From IMG/VR virus record IMGVR_UViG_3300049919_000280, positions 19,682 to 83,681 of that record: a DNA stretch of 64,000 bases. One strand, given 5' to 3'. The notes under the pieces are model-generated. The model was given only the letters and a program-made list of their open reading frames with translations. It was not told the origin of the DNA and ran no database searches. Shown here one piece after another: positions 24,664-34,333 of the stretch. Origin of the DNA: a virus. Taxonomy: Duplodnaviria > Heunggongvirae > Uroviricota > Caudoviricetes. The translations under genes and the position numbers were made by a program. The first letter of the stretch is position 1. Each line of letters opens with the position of its first letter.

Positions 24664-25176
24664 ATGGCACAATTAGTGATTATTCGTGGATTGCCCGGAA
24701 GTGGTAAGACCACCATCGCGAAGAAAGAATTTCCGAATCATTTCCATACAGAAGCCGACCAGTGGTTCATCGACCCGCAGACTGGTGAGTACCGATTCGA
24801 CCCAACCAAATTGAATGGTGCCCATCGTGGGTGTCAGGCTGCGACTTTCAAGGCACTGCAATCAGGACATGACGTGGTCGTCACCAACACTTTCACTCAG
24901 AATTGGGAATTCGATTCCTATTTCGATATTTGCGACGAATTGGAAATTGAGGACATTCTGGTAATCGAAATGAAAACCCAGTACCAGAATATTCATGGTG
25001 TCCCTGAAGAAAAGATGGAAGTCATGCGCCGTCGCTGGCATGCATGGGGCTCATTCGAAGTTCCTGAATGTGTTCAGTATCAGGAAGTTTGGCCGATTCG
25101 AACCGATGAGCAAAAGAACTGCGACTGCATGTCAGAAGATCACTTCGACCCTGAAGCTGGAGTGATGCCATCATGA
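24664..25176 (+). CDS. P-loop kinase, polynucleotide 5'-kinase-like (170 aa)
   Basis: The N-terminus LVIIRGLPGSGKTTIAKK resembles the T4 Pnk kinase domain ILTIGCPGSGKSTWAR. Confidence 0.55.
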   Translation: MAQLVIIRGLPGSGKTTIAKKEFPNHFHTEADQWFIDPQTGEYRFDPTKLNGAHRGCQAATFKALQSGHDVVVTNTFTQNWEFDSYFDICDELEIEDILVIEMKTQYQNIHGVPEEKMEVMRRRWHAWGSFEVPECVQYQEVWPIRTDEQKNCDCMSEDHFDPEAGVMPS

Positions 25177-25394
25177 CCAGAGTGTTTGTGGTTACCGCAT
25201 ATCGTTTCGGCGACGACGAGTCTCACAGCTATGTTGTTGGTGCATTCTCCACCAGAGTTCAGGCGAAGCTTCACTCTGAGGTTGAGGAATCGTGGCGTGG
25301 TGGGAAATATTTGTGTCGCATAACGGAGCTGCTACTCGATGTTCCATGCGATACCGAAATGCTGGATTATCACTACAGTTGTACTCATATCTAG
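25173..25394 (+). CDS. hypothetical protein (73 aa)
   Basis: ATGA overlap. Confidence 0.45.
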   Translation: MTRVFVVTAYRFGDDESHSYVVGAFSTRVQAKLHSEVEESWRGGKYLCRITELLLDVPCDTEMLDYHYSCTHI

Positions 25395-25439
25395 TACGAT
25401 TGTACTCATATCCGATACATTATTGAATCCGAGGAAAAT

Positions 25440-25664
25440 ATGCAATATAGAATACGAGAGTCGGCAGATGACGGAAGGTTTTATCCAGAATGTAAGACTT
25501 GGTTCAACCCATGGAAGCCTTTTGATGTTGATCGAAATGGTCTATATACTCCAAGCATTTCGTTCGACTCATTAGCGGAGGCAAGGAATTTCATAACCAC
25601 TAGCACCAAGAAAGATTCGTTCCACGAATACCGCACGTTCAGAAAATCCTTTAAAAATCAATAA
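25440..25664 (+). CDS. hypothetical protein (74 aa)
   Basis: ORF. Confidence 0.5.
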   Translation: MQYRIRESADDGRFYPECKTWFNPWKPFDVDRNGLYTPSISFDSLAEARNFITTSTKKDSFHEYRTFRKSFKNQ

Positions 25665-25739
25665 GTTACGATATCACTTGCGATCTTTACTCCATTTTGT
25701 TAATATAGCCACATCGAAACAAACAACGGAGTAAAGATC

Positions 25740-26162
25740 ATGATCTACGTTCTCAACACTGAAACCGAATGCCGTGCCATCGAGTCAAAGGAAGCCGCTG
25801 ATCGGAAGTGGCTTAATGTTGAATGCCGTCGTGACTGGAATAGCATGGAACAAGCTGCGGATGTCGCACGTAAGCTTTCTGATGCTTCTGGGGAACTTTA
25901 CCTTGCAACGGATTCCGGAGAATGGTGTCTTCCTAGGTACGATGTTATTCGTGCACCGAAAGTTGGCGATGCAGTAAGTTACAGTTTTAATGGTGATTCA
26001 TACCCCTGTGGCCATATCGCAAAGATTAGCGATTCGATGAAGCTTATTACCACAACTGATGGCAAGAAGTTTTATCGCAGAAAGCTTAGTGGTTCGTGGG
26101 TTCGCAATAGCACTTGGTCGCTCATTCAAGGTCATCACAGAGAACAGAATCCGTCGTTCTGA
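25740..26162 (+). CDS. hypothetical protein (140 aa)
   Basis: Cassette leader ggagtaaagatcATG. Confidence 0.6.
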   Translation: MIYVLNTETECRAIESKEAADRKWLNVECRRDWNSMEQAADVARKLSDASGELYLATDSGEWCLPRYDVIRAPKVGDAVSYSFNGDSYPCGHIAKISDSMKLITTTDGKKFYRRKLSGSWVRNSTWSLIQGHHREQNPSF

Positions 26163-26257
26163 AAATCGTTTAGAATCAGTGAGTTAGGAAATAACTTGAC
26201 TCACTGATTATAAAGTGAGAAAATACACTCCTCGAAACAAACACCGGAGCAAAGATC

Positions 26258-26428
26258 ATGATGCCATTCCACGAACAGAGAGACGCGATTGCTTGGGTTC
26301 CTGCCTGCGGTGGTACGGAGACCCCCTTCACGAAGGAAGGGAAGCAATATCAGTACATGTGGAATTACCGCACTGGCGAGCATGCATACTACTGCATCAC
26401 CGACGACATTTTTGTAGATGGGATTTAA
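26258..26428 (+). CDS. small protein (56 aa)
   Basis: Cassette leader ccggagcaaagatcATG. Confidence 0.45.
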   Translation: MMPFHEQRDAIAWVPACGGTETPFTKEGKQYQYMWNYRTGEHAYYCITDDIFVDGI

Positions 26429-26429
26429 A

Positions 26430-27104
26430 ATGACAAGTAAAAAGATTTGGTTTTGTGCAGATTTACATCTGGGGCATCGTAACATCATGAAGTTTTCCCC
26501 AGATAGAATCGATATTCTCGGGTTAGATAAGTTCTACTCGAAGGAGTTGATAGCTCGTGCCTTTCAGGCGACGACCCTTAAACAAGATAGCCAAGCAGAG
26601 ATTGCGGAAGCACAGAATATATTGAGTCGCGCTCGGGATAAGATGGACGAACTGATCATCAAACAGTGGAACGAGACCATTGGATTTTCTGATGACGTGT
26701 ATATCCTTGGTGATGTATCATTCTGGAAAGCGGATAAAACTGAACGGTTGTTGAATCAGATGCATGGTCGGTTGCACCTAATCCGGGGTAACCATGATCA
26801 TGGCACGGACATGCTGGATCGCTGGGAATTGGTTAAGGATTATGCTGAAATTAAGTTCGATGGCATTCCGACTATCATGTTTCATTTCCCTATCCAGGAA
26901 TTTTGTATGCAACATCGAGGGGCAATTCATATTCATGGGCATACCCATAACAACCTACCAAAGCATCTGGGGAAGGTGTTAGATGTCGGAATGGAATCTC
27001 TCGGTAAGATCGCAATAGAATGGGCAGAATTAAAGGATTATATGGCAACCCGCCCGATTACACCACATGGCGATTCGGACGAAAATCAAACTCACGGATA
27101 TTGA
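26430..27104 (+). CDS. calcineurin-like metallophosphoesterase (224 aa)
   Basis: DLHLGH ... GNHD ... HGHTH metal-ligand motifs. Confidence 0.65.
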   Translation: MTSKKIWFCADLHLGHRNIMKFSPDRIDILGLDKFYSKELIARAFQATTLKQDSQAEIAEAQNILSRARDKMDELIIKQWNETIGFSDDVYILGDVSFWKADKTERLLNQMHGRLHLIRGNHDHGTDMLDRWELVKDYAEIKFDGIPTIMFHFPIQEFCMQHRGAIHIHGHTHNNLPKHLGKVLDVGMESLGKIAIEWAELKDYMATRPITPHGDSDENQTHGY

Positions 27105-27119
27105 ATAAAGGAAACCAAA

Positions 27120-27422
27120 ATGACGAAGAAAATTGAAGTTGAATTCACCCCGGAACAAGCCGCAACTATCTATAGCCTTCTTTATAGTCTCGGCGGCAGC
27201 ACCGATATATCGGCCAGAGGATTTGCAGATGAGGTTCGATTGAAGTTAGAGGGAGAATTTACGGAAACTCAGCGGATCGCATTGGAACGGCTAACAATTC
27301 TAAACGCACATAAGTATTTTGCTGATGGCACCAAAGGTGCAATCAGAGGTATCATGTTCGAGCCGAAATCTGAAATTATGGTGGATGGATATTATTATGT
27401 TCTCGCCCCAAATCAGTTCTGA
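27120..27422 (+). CDS. hypothetical protein (100 aa)
   Basis: ORF. Confidence 0.55.
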   Translation: MTKKIEVEFTPEQAATIYSLLYSLGGSTDISARGFADEVRLKLEGEFTETQRIALERLTILNAHKYFADGTKGAIRGIMFEPKSEIMVDGYYYVLAPNQF

Positions 27423-27575
27423 ATCATTGATCGAACGTCTGCAGAAGAGGGCGGCAATTCGCAGGCAAATTTCAACAAGGAAGTCGGTGCAGGAGGGTAA
27501 GCCTGATCGCATCGCCGACCTTCTCGAAGAGGCTGCAGCGGCACTGATTAAATGTAATTACACTGAGGAGTTAAA

Positions 27576-28010
27576 ATGATTAAGTACATGGATTGGCCGC
27601 CGCCAGAGTTGGTTGGATTGTTTAAAACGAAATACGACTTTTACCTAGGTGGAAGTCGTCGTATGGCAAAGAAATTCTACGAAGAAGTTCATGTAAATTC
27701 TGCCACAGATTACGACCTGTATGCGACCAGCAGCCAAGATGCAGAAGATATTCTAGCAATGGCAGGATTCACTCGCAGTTTGATAGATGATTTGTATCTG
27801 GACGACCAAGCAGTTTCAATTTGGAAGAAGGGTGACGTTCAAGTGGTATTGCGAAAAAATGCCGAATTCTATGAAAAAGTATTCGAGAGCATTTCTGCGG
27901 AATATTATGTTAATCACCTATGGAAAAGCTCACAAGTTTTTGAATCCCATCCTGAACGGCGAGCATTAATCGGCGAACACTTCAACCAAATGTTTAGGAG
28001 TGCGGCATGA
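27576..28010 (+). CDS. putative minimal nucleotidyltransferase (144 aa)
   Basis: LGGSRRM ... SATDYDLY resembles the GS ... DxD nucleotidyltransferase signature. Weak. Confidence 0.35.
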   Translation: MIKYMDWPPPELVGLFKTKYDFYLGGSRRMAKKFYEEVHVNSATDYDLYATSSQDAEDILAMAGFTRSLIDDLYLDDQAVSIWKKGDVQVVLRKNAEFYEKVFESISAEYYVNHLWKSSQVFESHPERRALIGEHFNQMFRSAA

Positions 28011-28366
28011 TCATTTTTAGGGTGGATAAATCTGCTGTGAAAAAGGCGGCGAAGTTTCTTCTAAAGAAGAATCCGTCCATACTAACTTGGCCGGATTTTA
28101 GATACAATCAAAACGTGTCAGTCGAATCTGTTTATGATGTTATCATGAAGTGTGTTATTAACGGTGCGACTATGCGCACTCGGTATCTTAAGAATGACGG
28201 CACCTCAGATGAGTGGTCTGGTTGGCAATCTACCGGTGGATATACGATCATTTACACTGCAGAATTTTACGACTCAACTGGAGATTGGGTTATGGAAGCT
28301 GAGGTGACCGTTGATCCTGCGGTCATGGTAAGGAATCGTAAGTATCACGAAGAGCGACTTGTTTAG
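28007..28366 (+). CDS. hypothetical protein (119 aa)
   Basis: ORF. Confidence 0.55.
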   Translation: MIIFRVDKSAVKKAAKFLLKKNPSILTWPDFRYNQNVSVESVYDVIMKCVINGATMRTRYLKNDGTSDEWSGWQSTGGYTIIYTAEFYDSTGDWVMEAEVTVDPAVMVRNRKYHEERLV

Positions 28367-28375
28367 GAGACAACT

Positions 28376-28657
28376 GTGAAGAAAAAGAAATTATTTGATG
28401 TATTCGGTAAAGAAGTAAAATTACCTAAATGTAAAGTATATCTTTCGCGCAGGAATCTTGAGGCGTTGATATCTAAGCTTGATCGTGTTGCTGCAGGAGA
28501 GTCGTCGGAGTGTGCCATCATAAAGCGAGATAACGCACATCCAGAATATGCTCAGTCGATGAAGGAGATTATGGTGGTTGCAGTCGAGAACGAAAAATAC
28601 TACGTGGATCGTCCTGCTGGGCTGATGATGCCTGCTGATGTGAAGACCATATCGTGA
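28376..28657 (+). CDS. hypothetical protein (93 aa), GTG start
   Basis: ORF. Confidence 0.5.
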   Translation: MKKKKLFDVFGKEVKLPKCKVYLSRRNLEALISKLDRVAAGESSECAIIKRDNAHPEYAQSMKEIMVVAVENEKYYVDRPAGLMMPADVKTIS

Positions 28658-29301
28658 ATACCGACTTCAAAAAGCGAGTCGTATTTGTTGATATCGACGG
28701 CCCGATGGTTTCGGATCGCACTATCCGATTCGACCCAAAGAATAAGTCGAACCATCCAACTGTTCAGGACTTCATTGCGAAGCATTGTGACGAAGGAGAC
28801 TTTGCCGCTCGTGTAATCACATACATCCACTTCGACACAGTTGCCGTTGGTATGATGAATGAGTTATATGATCAATATCCGTATGAAATGGTGTTGTCGA
28901 GTTCGTGGTTCCATATCATCAACGAGAAGCAAACTCGTGCCCTATTTGAATACAATGGAATTAAAGCTCCATGGCATAAACGATGGAACACCCCTCGCAG
29001 ATTCAATTCCACAAGGGGAGAGGAAATTTCTTGGTGGCTGAAAGAAAATTCGTCGTATGACTACATCGTATTGGACGATCCTAGTAGTTTTCCAGATTCG
29101 TCTGATCCTAATGTTCTTCGCCAATTTGATATCGATCCAGACTATTGCATTATTGTCGATCCTTTCATTGGTCTTGAATATCACCACTTTGACCAGATGA
29201 AGAACATTTTTGCAGGGGAATCAATAGCCGCGAGGCACGGTAAGATGGTGGCAAAGGTGGTAAACGAGCAGATTTACCAAAAAACCCTTACAGATCAGTG
29301 A
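28654..29301 (+). CDS. HAD-like phosphatase (215 aa), GTG start
   Basis: The N-terminal VVFVDIDGPMVSD (DxDG) resembles the phosphatase domain of T4 Pnkp and 5'-nucleotidases. Confidence 0.45.
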   Translation: MNTDFKKRVVFVDIDGPMVSDRTIRFDPKNKSNHPTVQDFIAKHCDEGDFAARVITYIHFDTVAVGMMNELYDQYPYEMVLSSSWFHIINEKQTRALFEYNGIKAPWHKRWNTPRRFNSTRGEEISWWLKENSSYDYIVLDDPSSFPDSSDPNVLRQFDIDPDYCIIVDPFIGLEYHHFDQMKNIFAGESIAARHGKMVAKVVNEQIYQKTLTDQ

Positions 29302-29379
29302 GTTGCAAAGTGTTGTGTTTTGGTTTCGATGCGTGTATAATTCATTACATCGAAACCAACAACGCAAAGTGAGATTAAA

Positions 29380-29631
29380 ATGTTATCAACCAACCAGTTC
29401 AGATTCGATAAGGCTTCTAGAAATTTGGTCGCTTCGGTTAATACGTTTAATGAGAGTTATCTTGGTGGGTTTCCGGTGACCATGGAAATTCATTCGCCGA
29501 AGACCGGTAATGTTTGCCGGTTCTTCATCGATGCCGCCGCTGCTGAGCGCAATGAGTATTGGGATGGTGAAGAAATGCAGTATATTTCTGCGGAAACTGA
29601 TGTCCGCGTTATTTTACATTGTGGAGAGTAA
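29380..29631 (+). CDS. hypothetical protein (83 aa)
   Basis: Cassette leader. Confidence 0.55.
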   Translation: MLSTNQFRFDKASRNLVASVNTFNESYLGGFPVTMEIHSPKTGNVCRFFIDAAAAERNEYWDGEEMQYISAETDVRVILHCGE

Positions 29632-29633
29632 AG

Positions 29634-30677
29634 ATGAGTCGTGAAAACAATCAAATGAGCTACATCGCGGAAATCACCCATCTGGTGCCGATCCGCGATG
29701 CTGATGCCATCGAAAAAGCAGTCATCAACGCGGGGTGGCCTGTTGTGGTTAAGAAGGGCGAATTCAACGTTGGCGATTTGGTAATATACATGGAAATCGA
29801 CAGCTGGTGCCCGACTGAGTTGGCACCGTTCCTATCAAAGGGAAACGAACCTCGCGAATACAATGGGGTAAAGGGAGAGCGTCTGCGTGGTATTAAATTG
29901 CGCGGACAGCGCAGCCAAGGTCTCGTCCTACCACTCCAAAAGAAAATGGGCGGTTGGCTGTTGCCTATGCCTTACGATCAAACGCTAGTCGAAAAAGGCC
30001 AATTGATCGGCGATGTTCTTGGAATTCAGAAGTGGGAAGCCCCAGAAGGATTCTCGTCTGGTAATGCTAAGGGCAATTTCCCATCTGTTGTGCCGAAGAC
30101 TGATGCAGAACGCATCCAGAACCTTCGCCATGAACTGCAAGACTGGATCGAGCGGGGTCTTACCTTTGAAGTCACTGAAAAGCTACATGGTACTTCGTTC
30201 ACTGCTCTTGTCGTAGATGGTGAATTCGGTGTATGTTCGCGGAATCTACTTCTCCAAGAAGGAGAAGGTACATATTGGTCTGTAGCTGAAAAGCATGGCC
30301 TCAAGGAAAAGATGCTTGCCATGGGTCGAAACTTCGCGGTGCAAGGCGAAATCATTGGGCCGGGAATCCTCGGAAACCAGTATGGATTGCCTGAATCCGA
30401 AGTGTTCGTGTTCAATGTGTTTGACATTGACAAAAAAGGATACGTCACTCCGGAAGAACGGCATAGCATTATCGAAGAACTTGAATTGAAGCATGTACCT
30501 ATCATCTGCAAATGGCATAGTATGAGCGAACATACTATCGATTCATTACTTGAACTTGCAGAAGGAAAGAGTGTGCTCAACAGCAGCGAACGTGAGGGAT
30601 TGGTATTCAAGTGTATCGAAGACCCTAGCATTCAGTTCAAGAGTGTGAGTAATCGCTGGTTGGATAAGGAAAAGTGA
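29634..30677 (+). CDS. ATP-dependent RNA ligase, Rnl2/Rnl5-like, with N-terminal extension (347 aa)
   Basis: Motif I EKLHGTSF (KxHG as in T4 Rnl2 KIHGTN), then FAVQGEIIG, EGLVFK and a KxK tail. The nucleotidyltransferase module is C-terminal behind a roughly 170-aa N-domain, as in DraRnl-type ligases. Confidence 0.6.
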   Translation: MSRENNQMSYIAEITHLVPIRDADAIEKAVINAGWPVVVKKGEFNVGDLVIYMEIDSWCPTELAPFLSKGNEPREYNGVKGERLRGIKLRGQRSQGLVLPLQKKMGGWLLPMPYDQTLVEKGQLIGDVLGIQKWEAPEGFSSGNAKGNFPSVVPKTDAERIQNLRHELQDWIERGLTFEVTEKLHGTSFTALVVDGEFGVCSRNLLLQEGEGTYWSVAEKHGLKEKMLAMGRNFAVQGEIIGPGILGNQYGLPESEVFVFNVFDIDKKGYVTPEERHSIIEELELKHVPIICKWHSMSEHTIDSLLELAEGKSVLNSSEREGLVFKCIEDPSIQFKSVSNRWLDKEK

Positions 30678-30680
30678 AAA

Positions 30681-30851
30681 ATGATTGAAAAATTAAAGAA
30701 ACACCCACTCAATGTTAAACTTTCGTATGCGTTTTTAATATTGTTGGATTTTGGTTTGGTTATTACGTTCCCAATCGCAGGAGGTATGATAAATTGTGCG
30801 ATTGGTATTTTGGTGGCTGTTATAACGTTGGCCGATTATCATACGAGGTAA
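30681..30851 (+). CDS. small membrane protein (56 aa)
   Basis: Hydrophobic. Confidence 0.4.
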   Translation: MIEKLKKHPLNVKLSYAFLILLDFGLVITFPIAGGMINCAIGILVAVITLADYHTR

Positions 30852-30855
30852 TTAA

Positions 30856-31062
30856 ATGGGACTATCGATTGGAATTTCCACAATGGGTGATGAAGTTGGC
30901 ACTAAACAAATCGATGCCGTAGAATTGAGCCTAGGCAACCATTCATTTAAATGCAGTAGCGGTGTTGCTCGCTTCCATGCAAAACAATTACTGCTTGCCG
31001 CTGATTTTGTGGATGGAATTTTTGAATCGGACGATATTAAGGAATCAGTAGATAAGGAATAA
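30856..31062 (+). CDS. hypothetical protein (68 aa)
   Basis: ORF. Confidence 0.45.
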   Translation: MGLSIGISTMGDEVGTKQIDAVELSLGNHSFKCSSGVARFHAKQLLLAADFVDGIFESDDIKESVDKE

Positions 31063-31065
31063 AAT

Positions 31066-31245
31066 ATGAAAGTTTGGATTTTAATGGCGGTGGTATACAA
31101 TGGCCATTTTGTCTGGCCCATTGTTCCAACTATTGAATTTTCAACTCAACAGAAATGCGAGCAGGCGAGAATAAAAATTACCGAAGAAATTCAGAAATTT
31201 CCGAGAGGAAAGTTTGAAGGTTATTGTTTGGAGATCGAAAAATGA
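31066..31245 (+). CDS. small membrane protein (59 aa)
   Basis: Hydrophobic N-terminus. Confidence 0.4.
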   Translation: MKVWILMAVVYNGHFVWPIVPTIEFSTQQKCEQARIKITEEIQKFPRGKFEGYCLEIEK

Positions 31246-31424
31246 TTTATGAGGGCAAGCAATATGCGCTAGTTCAGATTAAAAACAAAACGCCGCAGTC
31301 GTGGTACGAGGTATGCAGAAGTTGTGCTTTTGATAAAAAAATACGCGGGTGCAGTATAGCTGAGTGCGCACCTTATTCAGATATTGATACCTTTTTTGTT
31401 GAGATAGGAGTAGTAAATGTTTAA
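31242..31424 (+). CDS. Cys-containing small protein (60 aa)
   Basis: ATGA overlap. Confidence 0.45.
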   Translation: MIYEGKQYALVQIKNKTPQSWYEVCRSCAFDKKIRGCSIAECAPYSDIDTFFVEIGVVNV

Positions 31425-31593
31425 AATGATTTTAGTCTTTGTATTAGTATCGATTATAATTGCTGGTGGAATCCAGATTTTTCGTAATATGTCTGGTAAG
31501 GAAAAGTGGACATTGACGAAAATTGTAGGTTATGCGATAATGTGTTCTGGTATTGCAATTAGTATTCTCTCCGCTATTGTTGTTCTCTTTTAA
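31417..31593 (+). CDS. small membrane protein (58 aa)
   Basis: Two hydrophobic helices. Confidence 0.45.
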   Translation: MFKMILVFVLVSIIIAGGIQIFRNMSGKEKWTLTKIVGYAIMCSGIAISILSAIVVLF

Positions 31594-31609
31594 TTAAAGG
31601 AAATTTAAA

Positions 31610-32407
31610 ATGAATAAAATGTTTAAGTTTGGTATTGCTGCTCTTGTTATTGCGTCTGCTATTGGTTGCTCAAGAATTGAATCTGGTACTGTCGGTGTTC
31701 GTGTTAATGCAAGTAAAGAAATTCAGGGTTCAGAGCTTCAGGTTGGATCGTGGAATCAGACCATCATTGGTGACGTGCTTGAGTTTCCGGTTCGCGACCT
31801 AACCATCAATCTGGAAAACAAAACACCGCTAACTGCTGATAACTCCGCACTTGCTGACTTCGACGTTACTGTTGTTTATGGAATTAACCCTGCATCTGTA
31901 GCAGAAATCTACACCAAGAAATCCAAGGCTTTCCACGCATACGATAGGGGCGATATTTACCTGATGTATAACTACGTTTCGACTCTTGTCAATAACGCAT
32001 CATATAAAGCAGTTCGTGGTTACAAGTCACTTGAAGTTGCAGACAACCGTCAGAAAATCGAAGGAGAAATCCGCGACCTAGTTACCGCACAGTTGAAGTC
32101 AGAAGGTCTTGATACTTCTATCACATTGACTGTTGTTCAGGTTCGGAACGTCACGCCAAATGCTGCGATTCTTGCTGCTGCAACCGAGTATGTCCGCAGC
32201 CAAAACGAAATTCTTATTAAATCTGCTGAAGTGAAAGTAGCAAAACTCGAAGCAGAAAGAATGGCAGCATTATCAATTAATAGTCAGCAATCTATTGCCT
32301 ACATGAATGCCCAAGCAAACGTAATTATTGCCAATGCGGTGAAAGACGGAAAGATATCTACTATTCTGATTCCGCATGGTATGACGGTTCTTGGATCACT
32401 GAAGTAA
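31610..32407 (+). CDS. SPFH/band-7 domain lipoprotein (265 aa)
   Basis: Lipobox LVIASAIGC at the N-terminus; SPFH-like core (DFDVTVVYGINP). Confidence 0.5.
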   Translation: MNKMFKFGIAALVIASAIGCSRIESGTVGVRVNASKEIQGSELQVGSWNQTIIGDVLEFPVRDLTINLENKTPLTADNSALADFDVTVVYGINPASVAEIYTKKSKAFHAYDRGDIYLMYNYVSTLVNNASYKAVRGYKSLEVADNRQKIEGEIRDLVTAQLKSEGLDTSITLTVVQVRNVTPNAAILAAATEYVRSQNEILIKSAEVKVAKLEAERMAALSINSQQSIAYMNAQANVIIANAVKDGKISTILIPHGMTVLGSLK

Positions 32408-32552
32408 GTTTTCTTCTTTTAGCTTCTTTAAGAACTACAAATATCGAACCTGATCAATCGGTGTGAAGAAGCACTTGAAAACATCGAAGAAGGGGACGAG
32501 CAGTCTGGAAGACGGATTCTTGCTGAAATCATTAAAGAAGGGCGGAAATAAA

Positions 32553-32957
32553 ATGGATGCTAATCAATTTGCATGGGCTTACCTAGTTATGAACGGTCAT
32601 GCCAACAAACGCTCGTCGTACTATGGTGGAATGGAGCCTGTTGACCATAAAGCTCCGGGTAAGGTCGCCGTACATTGGACGGACTCGTGGAACGATGCCT
32701 TCATCAAACAGATTAAGACAATCGGAGTTAATTGGAAAAAGACTAATGCACCAGCTTCGGACAGCGTTTCGATTTTCCTCGGCACGTTCTGCAAAGAGCA
32801 AGGGCATAAAGAAGTCATTGAGGGCACGCTGGTGCTGAAGAACGGTACTAAGCAGGTATGGGAAGCAGAGGCTCTTGAAGTGTCTAACATCTTTGCTGTG
32901 ATGGCAGACACCACGGAATTGCAGAAATTTTACGCAGAAGTATTTGGAGCAGAGTGA
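32553..32957 (+). CDS. hypothetical protein (134 aa)
   Basis: RBS ggcggaaataaaATG. The longer track start has no RBS. Confidence 0.5.
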   Translation: MDANQFAWAYLVMNGHANKRSSYYGGMEPVDHKAPGKVAVHWTDSWNDAFIKQIKTIGVNWKKTNAPASDSVSIFLGTFCKEQGHKEVIEGTLVLKNGTKQVWEAEALEVSNIFAVMADTTELQKFYAEVFGAE

Positions 32958-33292
32958 TGACGGATAAAAGTACATTCGACAAACAGGTAGAGGATGCAAC
33001 CGAAAAATATTATAATCGGGTATTCGGTGCATGTAACGACGACCTTCGAGTTATCGCGAATGCATTGGCAAAATCAGCAGCAACGGCAGAAATCAATGCT
33101 ACATGGGGAGATATCCGAAATGCTGACCCCGGCAAATGCATTCGCGAGTACAACATGTTTCTCGCAGGATATAATTTCGCAAAGGGTGGCGCAATGATTG
33201 ATCAGTATAGCTGGATAATCAAAGAGCATAGGCTGAAGGCAGATGCGGAATATGCAGAATATCAACGACTCAAAACAAAATTTGAAGGATAA
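32954..33292 (+). CDS. hypothetical protein (112 aa)
   Basis: ATGA overlap. Confidence 0.55.
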   Translation: MMTDKSTFDKQVEDATEKYYNRVFGACNDDLRVIANALAKSAATAEINATWGDIRNADPGKCIREYNMFLAGYNFAKGGAMIDQYSWIIKEHRLKADAEYAEYQRLKTKFEG

Positions 33293-33297
33293 TAATC

Positions 33298-34155
33298 GTG
33301 GATAATTTCACCCCATCACCGGAATTTATTAAAATGTTGCGAGATCAAGTTGCAGAGTGGAAGACAAAACATTATAATCTTGAAGAGACATTCATTACAC
33401 AACGTGAAACCTTCGGCGCGATGGTTGCTGATCGTGATGCAAAGATCGCAGCACTCAATGCAGAGAACGAAAGACTGAAAACCGTCCCCATGAAGTATCG
33501 GCGGATGGAGTTCAACGCACAATTACAGAACGAGAATTTTTCTCTCCGGACAGAGTTAAAAAAACTAAAGTCTGATTACCACAAAGCCAATGCAGAATGG
33601 CAGGACGAACTTGATGAGGTTATTCAGCACAACGCAGCAATCAAGGCTGAGTTGGCAGAGGCGAAACTTGAAATGCAGAAGGTGAATGACGTTGCATTTC
33701 AGGAATGCATGGAACGTATCTCTGCAACCGAACGTTGGAAAATAGCCGTTGATGATTGTGTTAGATTTTCCGACGAATTGGAAACATCCAAGGCTGAGTT
33801 GGCAAGAGAGAAGGAAATGCGTAACGCTACGCAATTGGTTCTTGAGCAGACTGAGAATGAGTTACTCAAGGCGCAGCCGGAGCCGGTTGCTACATTTCGG
33901 GGACACTTTCCGTGCGGCGACAAAGTTTATACCTGCATTGAGTTGCACGGTGCTTTGCCTCGCGGAGCAAAACTATACACCCACCCCGCCCCGGCAGACA
34001 AAGGCGCTATATGGAACGAAGCTATAGAAGCCGCAGCGAAGTGTGCAAAGAACTTTGAGCCTAAATATCGTGAGTATCTTGTCTGTCCTACAAATGCAAT
34101 TCTTAGCTTAAAGCGAAACGCAGCCATGAAGGAGGTAATCCGTGATCGAAATTAG
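33298..34155 (+). CDS. coiled-coil protein (285 aa), GTG start
   Basis: Long heptad-like region rich in E, K and L. Confidence 0.55.
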   Translation: MDNFTPSPEFIKMLRDQVAEWKTKHYNLEETFITQRETFGAMVADRDAKIAALNAENERLKTVPMKYRRMEFNAQLQNENFSLRTELKKLKSDYHKANAEWQDELDEVIQHNAAIKAELAEAKLEMQKVNDVAFQECMERISATERWKIAVDDCVRFSDELETSKAELAREKEMRNATQLVLEQTENELLKAQPEPVATFRGHFPCGDKVYTCIELHGALPRGAKLYTHPAPADKGAIWNEAIEAAAKCAKNFEPKYREYLVCPTNAILSLKRNAAMKEVIRDRN

Positions 34156-34333
34156 AGACTATCAAGGCAAGACACACTTTGTCGCACCGTCAGCGATAGC
34201 TCAAATCACAGAGGCGGCAGCAAGTAGTCAGTGGCACGGCATACGAGCCTATGTGAAGTTATTTGATGGCTCTTCTATTGAAGCTGGGGACTCAGCCGAC
34301 CGTATTGCAACAGCCATGAAGGAGGGGAAGTGA
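34142..34333 (+). CDS. hypothetical protein (63 aa)
   Basis: ORF. Confidence 0.45.
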   Translation: MIEIRDYQGKTHFVAPSAIAQITEAAASSQWHGIRAYVKLFDGSSIEAGDSADRIATAMKEGK

